Counted from the stretch's first letter, positions 1 to 9,753 are shown. The stretch: DNA of 64,000 bases from Singulisphaera sp. PoT (GCF_049331405.1 NZ_CP186274.1:2704367-2768366); one strand, 5' to 3'. Made by a program: numbers and translations. Notes: generated from the sequence alone by a model not told the origin.

Positions 1-1
1 C

Positions 2-193
2 CTCGCCGGCAAGTTCACCACCCCCGATCAACGCTCGGGGTACATGGCTACCTTCAATTTCACCGCCCAGGTCCTCCTGGGCGACGCCATCGACCCCCGT
101 CTCCCCGGCGTCTTGGCGGTCAGCGTCTTGCCCGTGGTCGCCCTCGCCTGGTTGCTCATCAGGGTCCGCCCGGCATCGGCCCTCGAGGCCTGA
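2..193 (+). CDS. 3' end of a gene running in from the left edge; hydrophobic C-terminus (…LAVSVLPVVALAWLLIRVRPASALEA*), probably a membrane protein; partial
   Basis: Own translation of the frame that is open from the window start to TGA at ~191-193; hydrophobic composition; no start codon inside the window. Confidence 0.4.
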   Translation, partial: LAGKFTTPDQRSGYMATFNFTAQVLLGDAIDPRLPGVLAVSVLPVVALAWLLIRVRPASALEA

Positions 194-230
194 TCGGCGG
201 GAGTCGCCCGGCACAATCGGACCCGCCCCT

Positions 231-644
231 TTACCGCTCGTTAGAATTCAGAAGGTCTTCGGACTCGTCGCCCGGCAGGCTGGCGTCCTCAAGGCTCTCG
301 CACCCATCGCGGCCGTGGCAGCGGCTGATTCGCTCCATGTGCTCGTGGCCCCAGGTGCAGAGCGGGTCGAGGACTTCCTTGAGGGAGACGCCGAACTCGG
401 TGAGGGAATACTCCACCCTCGGCGGGATCTCGTGGAAGACCTCGCGGCGGATGATCCCGTCCGCCTCCATCTGCCGCAGTTGCTGGATGAGCATTTTCTC
501 CGTGATCCCGGTCGCCAGCCGCTTCAACTCGCCGAAACGGCGGGGTTGAGGCAGCAGGACCCACAAGATCACGACCTTCCACTTTCCACCGATGACGTCG
601 AAGGCCGCCTCGATGCCGCTGCTGTAGGCTCGCTTGGACTTCAT
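231..644 (-). CDS. HxlR-family winged-helix transcriptional regulator
   Basis: 137 aa; motif DVIGGKWKVVILWVLL…RFGELKRL…GITEKMLIQQLRQMEADGII is typical of HxlR/MarR-like HTH_5 proteins. It is transcribed divergently from the RND efflux genes. Confidence 0.8.
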   Translation of the reverse strand: MKSKRAYSSGIEAAFDVIGGKWKVVILWVLLPQPRRFGELKRLATGITEKMLIQQLRQMEADGIIRREVFHEIPPRVEYSLTEFGVSLKEVLDPLCTWGHEHMERISRCHGRDGCESLEDASLPGDESEDLLNSNER

Positions 645-1080
645 GGCAATTTGTTCATGGCTAACTTTTTGGTAAGCACCCTACTTTAAGGTAGGTACTT
701 TACCAAAGTAAAGAATCCCCTAGCATGCTTCCAGATTGAAATCGTCATGGGTATCGCGGTCGCCCGGGACGCAAATTTGTCCCGACGATCTCATGAGACG
801 TCCGCGAGTGGGATGTGCTCGCCCTGAGATGAGTCGATCCCGAAAAACCGAAAGGTTCCGTCTCACACCGTCCGAGCCCGCGCCAGCCCGAGAGATGTAG
901 TCCGGGTGCAGGCGACAGTCCGGGGTCGCCGCCCAACGCGGCCGGCCCTATTTCGATCCAACCTCGCGGAAAAAGGGCGATCGCATCGACCGCCCGGTCG
1001 TTCGCGATCCTCGAAGCCTTCGACGGCGGCGAGGACGTGCATCGTGCGCGCGAACTCAATGGCCGGGATGAACGGCCACC

Positions 1081-2445
1081 TTGGAATCAAGAGTGAGGTA
1101 TCCGACCTTGAAACGTGCTCAAGAAAAGACTTCGGTTCTGCTAGGAACGGCAGGTTTCTTCGTATTCCTCACGATCGCCGGCTGCGGGCAAGAGAACTCG
1201 TATGTCCCGCCGGAACCGCCCGAGGTCACGGTGAGCGCCCCCGTCCAGAGGTCCGTGACCAACTACCTCGAATACACGGGGACGACCAAGGCGCTCGAGA
1301 CCGTCGACCTCCGGGCCAGGGTCAAGGGGTTCCTCAAGGAGCGGCACTTCGACGAGCGGACACCGGTCAAGAAGGGGCAACTCCTCTTCGTGATCGACGA
1401 GGAGCCGTTCCAGGTGAGCCTCGCCATGGCGAAGGCCCGCCTGACCGAGGCCGAGGCCGCCCTCAAGCGCGCCGAGCAGTCGAAGGCCAAGGAGGTCGCC
1501 GCCGCCCAGTATGACCTCGACCAGGCCTCGCTCGTGCTCGCCCGCCTCGACGAGCGGCGCAACAAGAACCTGCTCGATCGCAACGCGGGGACCCGCGAGG
1601 CCCTCGACCAGTCGGAGGCGTCCCTGCGCAAGGCCGAGGCCCAGGTGAAGGCGGACAAGGCGAGCCTCGACCAGGCCATCGCCGACTACCAGACCAACAT
1701 CCTCTCGGCCAAGGGGACCGTCGATGCCGCGCGGTCCGAGGTGCGGAACGCCGAGATCAACCTCGGCTATTGCCGGATCACCGCCCCCTACGACGGCCGG
1801 ATCTCGCGCCGGTATTACGACGTGGGCAACCTCGTCGGCGACGGCCAGGCCACCGTGCTGGCGACGATCTACCGCGACGATCATATCTACGCCTACATCA
1901 ACATGAGCGAGAGCGACCTCCTCCGGTTCCGCCAGATGGTCCGAGAAGGCCGGCGTAAGGACCTCGAGCACGGCGACCAGATCCCCGTCGACCTGGGCCT
2001 GGCCAACGAGGTCGGGTTCCCGCACAAGGGGACGATCGACTACTCCGACCCGGCCGTCGACCCGGCGAGCGGCACCGTCCTCTCGCGAGGGCTCTTCATC
2101 AATAAGGACCGGCAGATCGTGCCCGGCCTGTTCGCGAGGATCCGCGTCGCGCTCGAGGAGCGGCCCAATGCCCTGCTCGTCCCCGAGAAGGCCCTCGGCA
2201 CCGATCAGGAGGGGCGGTTCCTGATGATCGTAGGGGACAAGGACGTCGTCGAGAAGCGCAAGGTCCGCGTCGGCGCCCTCGAGGGGAACTACCGGGTCAT
2301 CGAGGAGAACCTCAAGTCGGGCGAGCTCGTCATCGTCAACGGCCTCCAGAAGGCCAGGCCGGAGTCGAAGGTGAAGCCGAAGAAGCAGGAGCAGGGCGAC
2401 CAGGCCATCGCCACCGCGTCCGTCGGCAAATCCCCCCAACAATAA
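1081..2445 (+). CDS. RND efflux periplasmic adaptor (membrane-fusion protein, HlyD/AcrA family), lipoprotein signal (…LTIAGC)
   Basis: 454 aa; N-terminal lipobox; coiled-coil hairpin region (EAEAALKRAEQSKAKE…); beta-barrel/MP domains (RITAPYDGRISRR, VLATIYRDDHIYAY); lies directly upstream of the RND permease. Confidence 0.85.
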   Translation: MESRVRYPTLKRAQEKTSVLLGTAGFFVFLTIAGCGQENSYVPPEPPEVTVSAPVQRSVTNYLEYTGTTKALETVDLRARVKGFLKERHFDERTPVKKGQLLFVIDEEPFQVSLAMAKARLTEAEAALKRAEQSKAKEVAAAQYDLDQASLVLARLDERRNKNLLDRNAGTREALDQSEASLRKAEAQVKADKASLDQAIADYQTNILSAKGTVDAARSEVRNAEINLGYCRITAPYDGRISRRYYDVGNLVGDGQATVLATIYRDDHIYAYINMSESDLLRFRQMVREGRRKDLEHGDQIPVDLGLANEVGFPHKGTIDYSDPAVDPASGTVLSRGLFINKDRQIVPGLFARIRVALEERPNALLVPEKALGTDQEGRFLMIVGDKDVVEKRKVRVGALEGNYRVIEENLKSGELVIVNGLQKARPESKVKPKKQEQGDQAIATASVGKSPQQ

Positions 2446-2473
2446 CGAACGAAGGGCGCGCGAGTCTCGACTT

Positions 2474-5400
2474 ATGTTCACGAAATTCTTCATCGAGCGT
2501 CCGATCTTCGCGAACGTCCTCGCGATCGTCACGATGCTGATCGGCGCGGTCACGATCTTCGTGCTGCCGATCGAGCAGTATCCGGAGATCACCCCCCCGA
2601 CGGTCCAGGTCACGACGACCTACCCGGGGGCCGACTCCAAGACCCTGTCCGACACCGTGGCCTCTCCCATCGAGCAGGAGGTCAACGGCGTGCAGGGGAT
2701 GCTCTACATGTCGTCCACCTGCGCCTCGGACGGCTCGTACAACCTGACGGTGACCTTCGAGGTCGGCACGAACCTGGACATGGCCCAGGTCCTCGTGCAG
2801 AACCGGGTCGCGGTCGCCCAGCCGAGGCTCCCGCAGGAGGTCCAGCGGCAGGGCATCACGACCAAGAAGAAGTCCACAGCCATCATCCTCGTCGTGGCCC
2901 TGACGTCCAAGAAGGACAGCAAGGTCCAGTACGACAGCCTCTTCCTGAGCAACTACGCCACGCTCCGGGTGAAGGACGTTCTGAGCCGGATCTACGGCGT
3001 AGGCGACATCCAGATCTTCGGCTCCAGCAACTACGGCATGCGGATCTGGCTCGACCCCGAGAAGCTGAAGGCCCGCAACCTGACGACGATCGACGTCCTG
3101 ACCGCGATCCAGGAGCAGAACATCCAGGTCGCCGCGGGGCAGGTGGGGGCGCCACCGACGCCGGGCAACCAGGACTTCCAGTACAGCGTGAGGACTCAGG
3201 GGCGGCTCAAGGATCCCGACGAGTTCGGCAACATCATCATCAAGACCAGCTCCGCCCCGGGCAATGAGGGCCTCGGCGCCCGCCTGACGCGCGTCAAAGA
3301 CGTGGCCAGGGTCGAACTCGGTGCCCAGGTCTACGACCAGTGGTGCGACGTCTCGGGCAGGGCCGCCGCGGGGGTCGCGGTCTTCCAGCTCCCGGGGGCC
3401 AATGCTCTGGACGTGGCCGACAAGGTCATCCAGGCCATGGACGAGCTCAAGAAGACCTTCCCCGAAGGCATGGAGTATTCCACACCTTACGATACGACAA
3501 TCTTCGTCCGCGAGTCGATCCACGAGGTCTACAAGACCTTGTTCGAGGCGGGCGTCCTCGTGCTGATCGTGATCCTGCTCTTCCTCCAGGACTGGCGGGC
3601 GACGCTCGTGCCGGCCACGACCGTCCCCGTGACGATCATCGGGGCGTTTGCCGCGATGTTCGCCCTCGGGTTCACGGTGAACCTGCTCACGCTCTTCGGC
3701 CTGATCCTGGCGATCGGGATCGTGGTCGACGACGCCATCGTGATCGTCGAGAACGCCGCGCACCACATCGACCACGACAAGCTCCCGGCCAAGGAAGCCA
3801 CCATCCTGGCGATGGGCGAGGTCATCGGGCCGGTCATCGGGATCACGCTCGTCTTGATGGCTGTGTTCCTCCCGACCGCCTTCCTGGGCGGGATCACCGG
3901 GCAACTCTATCGCCAGTTCGCGCTCACGATCGCGGCGACCGCGGTGATCAGCGCCATCAATGCCGTGACGCTCAAGCCGGCGCAGTGCTCGACGTACCTC
4001 CGCCCCACGCCCGCGAGGAAGAACGCCTTCTACCGGGCCTTCAACGCCGTCTACGACCGCTGCGAGCGCATCTATGTGGCGATTATCACAAGGCTCGTGC
4101 GACATACGGCCATCATGATGCTCGCCTTCGTGGGCCTGACGGTCTTTACGGGCTGGTGGTTCACTCGCCTACCGACGGGCTTCCTGCCGGTCGAGGACCA
4201 GGGGTATGCGATCGTCGGGATCCAGCTCCCGGACGCATCCTCGCAGGACCGCACCCGCGCGGTGGTCACGCAGGTCGAGGAGATCTTCAAGAAGACGGAA
4301 GGGGTCTCGCACTGGGTGATGATCGGCGGCCAGTCGGTCCTGGATCAGACCGTTGCCTCGAACGCTGCGACGATCTACGTCTGCTGGAAGCCTTATGAGG
4401 AGCGGACGACCCCCGAGACGAGCCAGGACGCGATCATCGGCCGGCTCCGCGGCGAGTTCGCCAAGATCGAGGAGGCGATGGTCTTCGCCTTCCCCCCCCC
4501 CGCGATCATGGGGCTCGGCGTGGCCGGCGGCTTCCAGATCCAGATCGAGGACCGCGGCAACGTCGGCCTCAAGGACCTCCAGGACCTGACCGACGACATG
4601 ATCGTCGCGGGCAACGGCCAGAAGGGAGCCGGCGGCCGGGCCAAGCTCCGCTCGCTGAATTCCACCTTCCGCGCGGGGGTGCCGCAGCTCTACGCCGACA
4701 TCGACCGCGTGAAGGCGAAGAGCCTCGACGTGCCGCTCGAGACCGTCTTCAACACGCTGCAATCCTCGATGGGATCGGCGTATGTGAACGACTTCAACCT
4801 CTTCGGCCGGACGTTCCAGGTCCGCGTGCAGGCCGACGACAAGTTCCGGCTCGAGCCGAACGACATCCGCAGGCTCGAGGTCCGCAACCGGACGGGGGCG
4901 ATGCTCCCGATCGGGACGCTCGCCAGCATCCGCGAGGAGCCCGGGCCGCAGATCATCACGAGGTACAACCTCTACCCGTCCGCGTCGATCTCCGGTGAGG
5001 CGGGGGAGGGCTTCAGCTCCGGCCAGGCGTTGACCTTGATGGAGCAGATCGCCGAGGAGAAATTCCCGAGCGGCGTCGGCTACGAGTGGACGGCGATGTC
5101 GTACCAGGAGAAGCGCGTGGGCTCCCAGGCGATCTTCATCTTCGCCCTGGCCGTCCTGCTCGTCTATCTCGTGCTGGCCGCCCAGTACGAGAGCTGGTAC
5201 ACGCCGGCGGCGGTGATCCTGGTCGTCCCCCTGGCTCTATTGGGGACGGTGGCGGCGGTGGCCTATCGGGGGATGGATAACAATATCTACACCCAGATCG
5301 GCATCGTGCTCATCATCTCATTGGCGAGCAAGAACGCGATCCTGATCGTCGAGTTCGCCCGGGAACTGAGGGCCAAGGGGATGAGCATCGTCGAATCGGC

Positions 5401-5632
5401 CGTGCAGGCGTCGAGGCTCCGGTTCCGGCCGATCCTCATGACCTCGTTCGCGTTCATCCTCGGGATCGTCCCCCTGGTGAACGCCCACGGCGCGGGGGCT
5501 GCCAGCCGCCAGGCGCTGGGGACCGCCGTCTTCGGCGGCATGCTCGCGGCGACGCTGCTCGCCGTCTTCTTCGTGCCGGTCTTCTACGTCGTGATCCAGC
5601 GGTTCAGCGAGTACCGGAAGAAGACGAGCTGA
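2474..5632 (+). CDS. RND family multidrug/hydrophobe efflux permease (AcrB/MexB-like)
   Basis: 1052 aa; N-terminus MFTKFFIERPIFANVLAIVTMLIGAVTIFVLPIEQYPEITPPTVQV is canonical for AcrB-type pumps; 12-TM architecture with two large periplasmic loops. Confidence 0.95.
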   Translation: MFTKFFIERPIFANVLAIVTMLIGAVTIFVLPIEQYPEITPPTVQVTTTYPGADSKTLSDTVASPIEQEVNGVQGMLYMSSTCASDGSYNLTVTFEVGTNLDMAQVLVQNRVAVAQPRLPQEVQRQGITTKKKSTAIILVVALTSKKDSKVQYDSLFLSNYATLRVKDVLSRIYGVGDIQIFGSSNYGMRIWLDPEKLKARNLTTIDVLTAIQEQNIQVAAGQVGAPPTPGNQDFQYSVRTQGRLKDPDEFGNIIIKTSSAPGNEGLGARLTRVKDVARVELGAQVYDQWCDVSGRAAAGVAVFQLPGANALDVADKVIQAMDELKKTFPEGMEYSTPYDTTIFVRESIHEVYKTLFEAGVLVLIVILLFLQDWRATLVPATTVPVTIIGAFAAMFALGFTVNLLTLFGLILAIGIVVDDAIVIVENAAHHIDHDKLPAKEATILAMGEVIGPVIGITLVLMAVFLPTAFLGGITGQLYRQFALTIAATAVISAINAVTLKPAQCSTYLRPTPARKNAFYRAFNAVYDRCERIYVAIITRLVRHTAIMMLAFVGLTVFTGWWFTRLPTGFLPVEDQGYAIVGIQLPDASSQDRTRAVVTQVEEIFKKTEGVSHWVMIGGQSVLDQTVASNAATIYVCWKPYEERTTPETSQDAIIGRLRGEFAKIEEAMVFAFPPPAIMGLGVAGGFQIQIEDRGNVGLKDLQDLTDDMIVAGNGQKGAGGRAKLRSLNSTFRAGVPQLYADIDRVKAKSLDVPLETVFNTLQSSMGSAYVNDFNLFGRTFQVRVQADDKFRLEPNDIRRLEVRNRTGAMLPIGTLASIREEPGPQIITRYNLYPSASISGEAGEGFSSGQALTLMEQIAEEKFPSGVGYEWTAMSYQEKRVGSQAIFIFALAVLLVYLVLAAQYESWYTPAAVILVVPLALLGTVAAVAYRGMDNNIYTQIGIVLIISLASKNAILIVEFARELRAKGMSIVESAVQASRLRFRPILMTSFAFILGIVPLVNAHGAGAASRQALGTAVFGGMLAATLLAVFFVPVFYVVIQRFSEYRKKTS

Positions 5633-5651
5633 CCCCGGATCGGATCGAGGG

Positions 5652-5718
5652 CCTTTGACACCGGGGACGTTGCGGGGCTGCCGAGCTTGCTCGGCCCCGC
5701 AGCGACCCGCGTCAAAGG
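5652..5718. terminator. Compound GC-rich stem-loop between convergent genes (RND pump on +, amidotransferase on -); candidate bidirectional terminator
   Basis: Outer inverted repeat CCTTTGAC…GTCAAAGG encloses an inner hairpin GCGGGGC(TGC)CGAGC-TTG-GCTCGGCCCCGC. It sits in the 290 bp gap between two converging stop codons. There is no clear U-tract. Confidence 0.35.
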
Positions 5719-5920
5719 TCGTTCGATGCGCCTATCGGATCAATCGATCTTGAATCGCAAATAGGCGAGTATGAGGAGGGCCGCCGAGGCCGGGATCCTT
5801 CCCGGTTCCGGCGGACTTCATCACGGGATGGCATTTCGAAATGCCGATGGGTTTCACATCGACGCCCCCCTTGCATCGTTGGCAAGGGGCGGGCGTCGGG
5901 TTGTGAAATCCTGGGCATGT

Positions 5921-6685
5921 TCAGCTCGCCTTGGCCAGCGTGAGGGCGGGCTTGGCCGAGTTGGCGTAGTTCAGCGAGGCGGCGGTGAAGGCCTCGATGA
6001 GCTGCATGTCGAGGGAGATGTTCCCCTCGTTCTCGGGGTGCCACTGCACGCCGACGACCCACCAGTTCGCGTCCTTGCCTTCGTAGGCCTCGATCAGTCC
6101 GTCCGGGGCGAGGGCGCCCACGCGGAAGTTCGGGGCGAGCTTGCGGATGCCCTGGTGGTGGTAGCTGTTGACCCGGATCTCTCCCGGGCCGTAGATCTCC
6201 TCCATCCGCGTGCCCGGCTCCATGATGACGGTGTGCCGGTGGGCGCCGCCTTGCGGGTCGCGGTGGGGGATCGAGCGCGGGAGGTCTTCGGGCAGGTGGA
6301 GGTAGATGCCGCCGCCGTTGACGACGTTCAACTCCTGCATGCCCAGGCCGATTCCGAGGACGGGCATCCGCCGCTGCTGGATCAGCTTGCAGAGGAGGCG
6401 GTCGGCCGTCTCGCGACGCTCGGGCATCACGGTGACCGACGGGTGGGGCGACAGGCCCATCTTCTTGGGATCCAGGTCGTCGCCTCCGGTCAGCATCACG
6501 CCGTCGAGGCGGTCGAGGATCGGGGCGAGGTCGTGCTCCTTGATCAAGGGGGGCAGCATGACCGGCAAGGCATTCGCCGAGAGGATGGCGTCGAAGTATC
6601 CGCTGTGCATATAGCTATGCGGAGTGCGGCCCTTGGTGGTGGCGCGATAGTCAGTGTTGATACCGATCAGGGGTCGGTCCTTCAT
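5921..6685 (-). CDS. Class-I glutamine amidotransferase-like protein, gamma-glutamyl-gamma-aminobutyrate hydrolase (PuuD/peptidase C26) family
   Basis: Pattern GINTDY…(D/N)ALP…LTGGDDLDP…P…MPVLGIGLGMQELNV…HHQG… matches C26/PuuD family. The start is taken at an internal Met (MKDRPLIGIN); the long ORF reaches 6760. Confidence 0.75.
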   Translation of the reverse strand: MKDRPLIGINTDYRATTKGRTPHSYMHSGYFDAILSANALPVMLPPLIKEHDLAPILDRLDGVMLTGGDDLDPKKMGLSPHPSVTVMPERRETADRLLCKLIQQRRMPVLGIGLGMQELNVVNGGGIYLHLPEDLPRSIPHRDPQGGAHRHTVIMEPGTRMEEIYGPGEIRVNSYHHQGIRKLAPNFRVGALAPDGLIEAYEGKDANWWVVGVQWHPENEGNISLDMQLIEAFTAASLNYANSAKPALTLAKAS

Positions 6686-7298
6686 GGCGGGCTTCCTTCC
6701 TTGCGTTGGCTTCAGCGAAATCCGTTCGTTGACCGACCTGCCAGATACCCTCGGAGACATCCATGAACTCCGAAGTGGGATGTATCAGGCCAAGCCGGCG
6801 GCCAAGTGCGCGACGATGCACATCCGGATCGCCGCGTCCGCAACTTCCCGGGATCTCCAACCGCAACTTCCGCGACAATCAAGCCGCGACCGATGCGAGA
6901 AGACCGAACCGAATTTTTTTCTCGAGAGGCGTGACGCTAGAGTGGGGACAAATCCGTTTGTTCTTATGGCCTCCTTACCGAAGCAGCGGCCTAAGTCTAG
7001 CCAGCCGAGAATGGCGGCTCAAGGAAATTCACCCGCATTTTCGGCTGTTTTCTCAAGGTTTTCGAAGAGTTGGCCGAGAGGGAAGGCGGGGTGTCAGAGT
7101 GGCGGCGGCTGATGTGACAGCCAGTGTTCAGCCGCCCACCACGAGGGGCCTGAAGGTGACGAAGGCTGCCCATTTTTTTGAGAACGTGGGGATACACCGA
7201 GAGGCCAGGGACACACTTCGCGTCGATTTGAGCTAATCGTGAGCAAGGTCGGATCGGCGTCAAGGCCGATGCAATGTCGGGCACTCCGCCAATGACAA

Positions 7299-7345
7299 CG
7301 CCCTCCCGGTCACGAATGGGCCGGGAGGGCGTTTGGTTCTCTTGG
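7299..7345 (+). terminator. Intrinsic-terminator-like hairpin with an 11-bp perfect GC stem (CGCCCTCCCGG/CCGGGAGGGCG) followed by TTTGGTTCTCTT
   Basis: Read directly from the sequence. The U-tract is better on the + strand. On the - strand it lies ~45 nt after the cytochrome b/c stop and may also terminate that operon. Confidence 0.55.
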
Positions 7346-7376
7346 GTCTGGAGGCCGTCGGGGGACGGGCCCCGGA

Positions 7377-9236
7377 TCACTTCGCGGGGGTGACGGGCTT
7401 GACCGCGACTTCCTCGGTGGGTTCTTCCGCCTTCTTGGAGTTGGGCGCCCCGACGTAATCATCCTTCAGGAAGCGGATGATCATCGTCGTGTCGTTTTCG
7501 CTGAGCTGATCGACGGTGAAGGCGGGCATCCGATCCTTCTCCTCGATGTAGCCGTAGAGCTCGGAAGCCCCCGGCTTGTGGATCATGCGCCTGATCCAGC
7601 GGGTCGAGCCCCAGGCGAAGAGGTTCGGGGAGTCCTTCAGGCCCCCTTCGGTCAGCCCTTCGACGACGTGGCACTTGCCGCAGTCCTCGGTGAACGGCTT
7701 GTAGCCGGGGTGATCGACGATACCTGGCTGGCTGAGCCATTCCTCGGGCGTCGTATCCGGGCCGATCTCGGCGAAGCTCGCCACGAACTTGGCGACGTCG
7801 TCGAGCTCCTTGGACGTGAGCTTGGTGCTCTTCTTCCACTCGGCCATGCCGTCGCAGCCCTTGGCCTTGCCGAAGTAGAGGTCGGACTTCGGATTCTCGA
7901 GCATCCCCCGGAGCCAGGCGTAGGAGCCGAACCCCTTGAGGTCCGAGGCCACCTGCGGGCTATACACGTCCTTGCCGTCGATCTTGGAGAGGATCTGCCC
8001 CTTGCCCGCGAAATAGTGGCAGCTCAGGCACTTGCTTTCGAGGACGGCGTTCCCATGCGTGAACGGATCTCGGACCAAAACATACGTCGCCCCGTCGGGC
8101 GGGACGCCGACGTTGGGGTCGTTCGCGAGCTGGATGGCACGCTGCCTGGAGAGGTCGGCCCGCTGGCGATCGGCCTGGAAGCCCTCGTCGGCCAGGTCCT
8201 CGCGGACCGCCTGGATCGAGAGGAAGACCACGCCCCCCATCAGGCCGAAGATGAACCCGCAGGCGAGAAAGTGGGCCAGCCTCCTGGGGAAGATCCGGTC
8301 GAGCAAGGGCAGGAGCGCCAGGACGGTCACGATCGACGCGGGGATCACGACGGTGGCGATCATCTCGAGCCGACCGGGGAAGACCTTCAGGAGCTGGAAG
8401 AGCGAGAGGAAGTACCACTCGGGCCTTGCCGGGTAGTCGGAGCTCGACGGGTCGGCCGGGGCGTCGAGATTGGCCCCGTGCTGGCTCAGCACGATGGTCA
8501 GCAGGATCCCGAATACCAGGGCGCCCGCCACGGCGTTCATGAAGAACTGCTCGGGCCAGTTCTTGCCCACCGGGAGATGCTCGGAGTTCCTCGCGGGCGT
8601 CAGGCCGTGCCGGCGGGCGAGGGCGATGTGCGCGGTGAGGGTCAGGAACGTCAGCACCGGCAGGAGGCCGACGTGGAGCCCGTAGAACCGCGTGATCGTC
8701 TGATTCCCGTAGTCGGGGCCGCCGATGACGATCTTCTGGATGTAGGGGCCGAGGACGGGGACGCCCCCCATGATGCCCGTGGCGACGCGCGTGGCCCAGA
8801 AGCCCTTCTGATCCCAGGGCAGCAGGTAACCCGTGAGGCTGAACCCGAGGACCAGGAACATGAGCCCCATGCCGAACCACCAGTTGGCCTCGCGAGGGCG
8901 GCGATAGGCGCCGGCGGCGACCACCTGGATCAGGTGCAGCGCCAGCAAGCTCATCATCGCGCCCGAGCCGAAGTGGTGCAGGCCGCGGATGACCCATCCG
9001 AGGGTCATTTTCTCATTGATATAAAAGACACTTCCCCACGCCGTGGACGACGATGGGGAATACGACAGCATCAGGAGCAGGCCGGTCGCGAGCTGCAGCA
9101 GGAAGGTCGTCGACAGGGCCGCCCCGAACACGTACCTGACGCGGGCCCCGCCCTGGATCGGCTCTTCGAGGATCGACTTCAGGGCGTCGCGATAGCCGGT
9201 GCGGTCGTTGATCCAATCGGACAGTGAATTAGTCAA
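7377..9236 (-). CDS. Cytochrome b of a bc-type complex fused to a C-terminal di-haem cytochrome c domain
   Basis: 619 aa; N-terminal 8-TM cytochrome b region with conserved His pairs; C-terminal region has two CxxCH motifs (CLSCHY, CGKCHV). TTG start overlaps the Rieske stop by 8 nt. Confidence 0.9.
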   Translation of the reverse strand: MTNSLSDWINDRTGYRDALKSILEEPIQGGARVRYVFGAALSTTFLLQLATGLLLMLSYSPSSSTAWGSVFYINEKMTLGWVIRGLHHFGSGAMMSLLALHLIQVVAAGAYRRPREANWWFGMGLMFLVLGFSLTGYLLPWDQKGFWATRVATGIMGGVPVLGPYIQKIVIGGPDYGNQTITRFYGLHVGLLPVLTFLTLTAHIALARRHGLTPARNSEHLPVGKNWPEQFFMNAVAGALVFGILLTIVLSQHGANLDAPADPSSSDYPARPEWYFLSLFQLLKVFPGRLEMIATVVIPASIVTVLALLPLLDRIFPRRLAHFLACGFIFGLMGGVVFLSIQAVREDLADEGFQADRQRADLSRQRAIQLANDPNVGVPPDGATYVLVRDPFTHGNAVLESKCLSCHYFAGKGQILSKIDGKDVYSPQVASDLKGFGSYAWLRGMLENPKSDLYFGKAKGCDGMAEWKKSTKLTSKELDDVAKFVASFAEIGPDTTPEEWLSQPGIVDHPGYKPFTEDCGKCHVVEGLTEGGLKDSPNLFAWGSTRWIRRMIHKPGASELYGYIEEKDRMPAFTVDQLSENDTTMIIRFLKDDYVGAPNSKKAEEPTEEVAVKPVTPAK

Positions 9237-9753
9237 GGGAGATCTTCTCCTCGCTCTGGCAGCGGAATCGCGCGAACTTGACCATCACGACGGGGTCGGG
9301 GTCGGGCGAGACCTTGACTTCGAGGGTGTCCATGGGGCGGGGGGGGACGTCGTTCATCGGCTTCCCCGAGAATTCGAAGCGGCTGGAGTGGCAGGCGCAG
9401 TAGAACGTGGTGCGATCGCCCGAGAGGTTGATCGCGCAGCCGAGATGCGGGCAGGTCGAGCTGAAGGCGACGACCGGCTCCTTGGCGTCGTCCGGCTGAC
9501 GGACGAGCCAGACGGCCCCGATCGGCTCCTTGGGGTACTTCACCCAGGCGTCCAGGCGTTCCTCGACGACCGGCACGGCGACGGGCACGCCCACCTTGAG
9601 CTCGTTGAGCTTGGCCATCGGCTGGAAGGCCCCGGCCTTCGACTTCTTGCCCAGCGGGTCGAGCAGGTAGGCAACTCCTGGAATCGCGAGCGCCATCGCG
9701 GCGAGATTGCCCAGCAGTATCGTGCCGTAGCGGTAGAGATTGCGGCGATTCAT
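9229..9753 (-). CDS. Rieske [2Fe-2S] subunit of the bc-type complex, TAT-signal (NRRNLYRYG)
   Basis: Boxes CPHLGC and CACHSSRF are the Rieske cluster ligands. The twin-arginine motif precedes a TM helix. The start is placed at the internal Met before the RR motif; the ORF extends to 9855. Confidence 0.85.
   Translation of the reverse strand: MNRRNLYRYGTILLGNLAAMALAIPGVAYLLDPLGKKSKAGAFQPMAKLNELKVGVPVAVPVVEERLDAWVKYPKEPIGAVWLVRQPDDAKEPVVAFSSTCPHLGCAINLSGDRTTFYCACHSSRFEFSGKPMNDVPPRPMDTLEVKVSPDPDPVVMVKFARFRCQSEEKISLD

Noticed and set aside
1141-2613. 490-aa ORF on the minus strand opposite the RND adaptor gene
   Set aside because: It is an antisense frame of a confidently identified gene. Its Arg/Gly/Asp-rich, low-complexity composition is typical of open GC-rich antisense frames. 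No motifs.
2336-4105. 589-aa minus-strand ORF, plus several 80-350-aa ORFs, inside the RND permease gene
   Set aside because: These frames overlap a bona fide 1052-aa AcrB-like gene. Their composition is biased (R/G/D/H/P). They are GC-frame artefacts.
6654-7380. Three 127-157-aa ORFs in the 6.7-7.4 kb gap
   Set aside because: They have Arg-rich nonsense composition, overlap each other in different frames, and lie in a region of lower GC. Together with the terminator, the region fits a non-coding region or ncRNA better.
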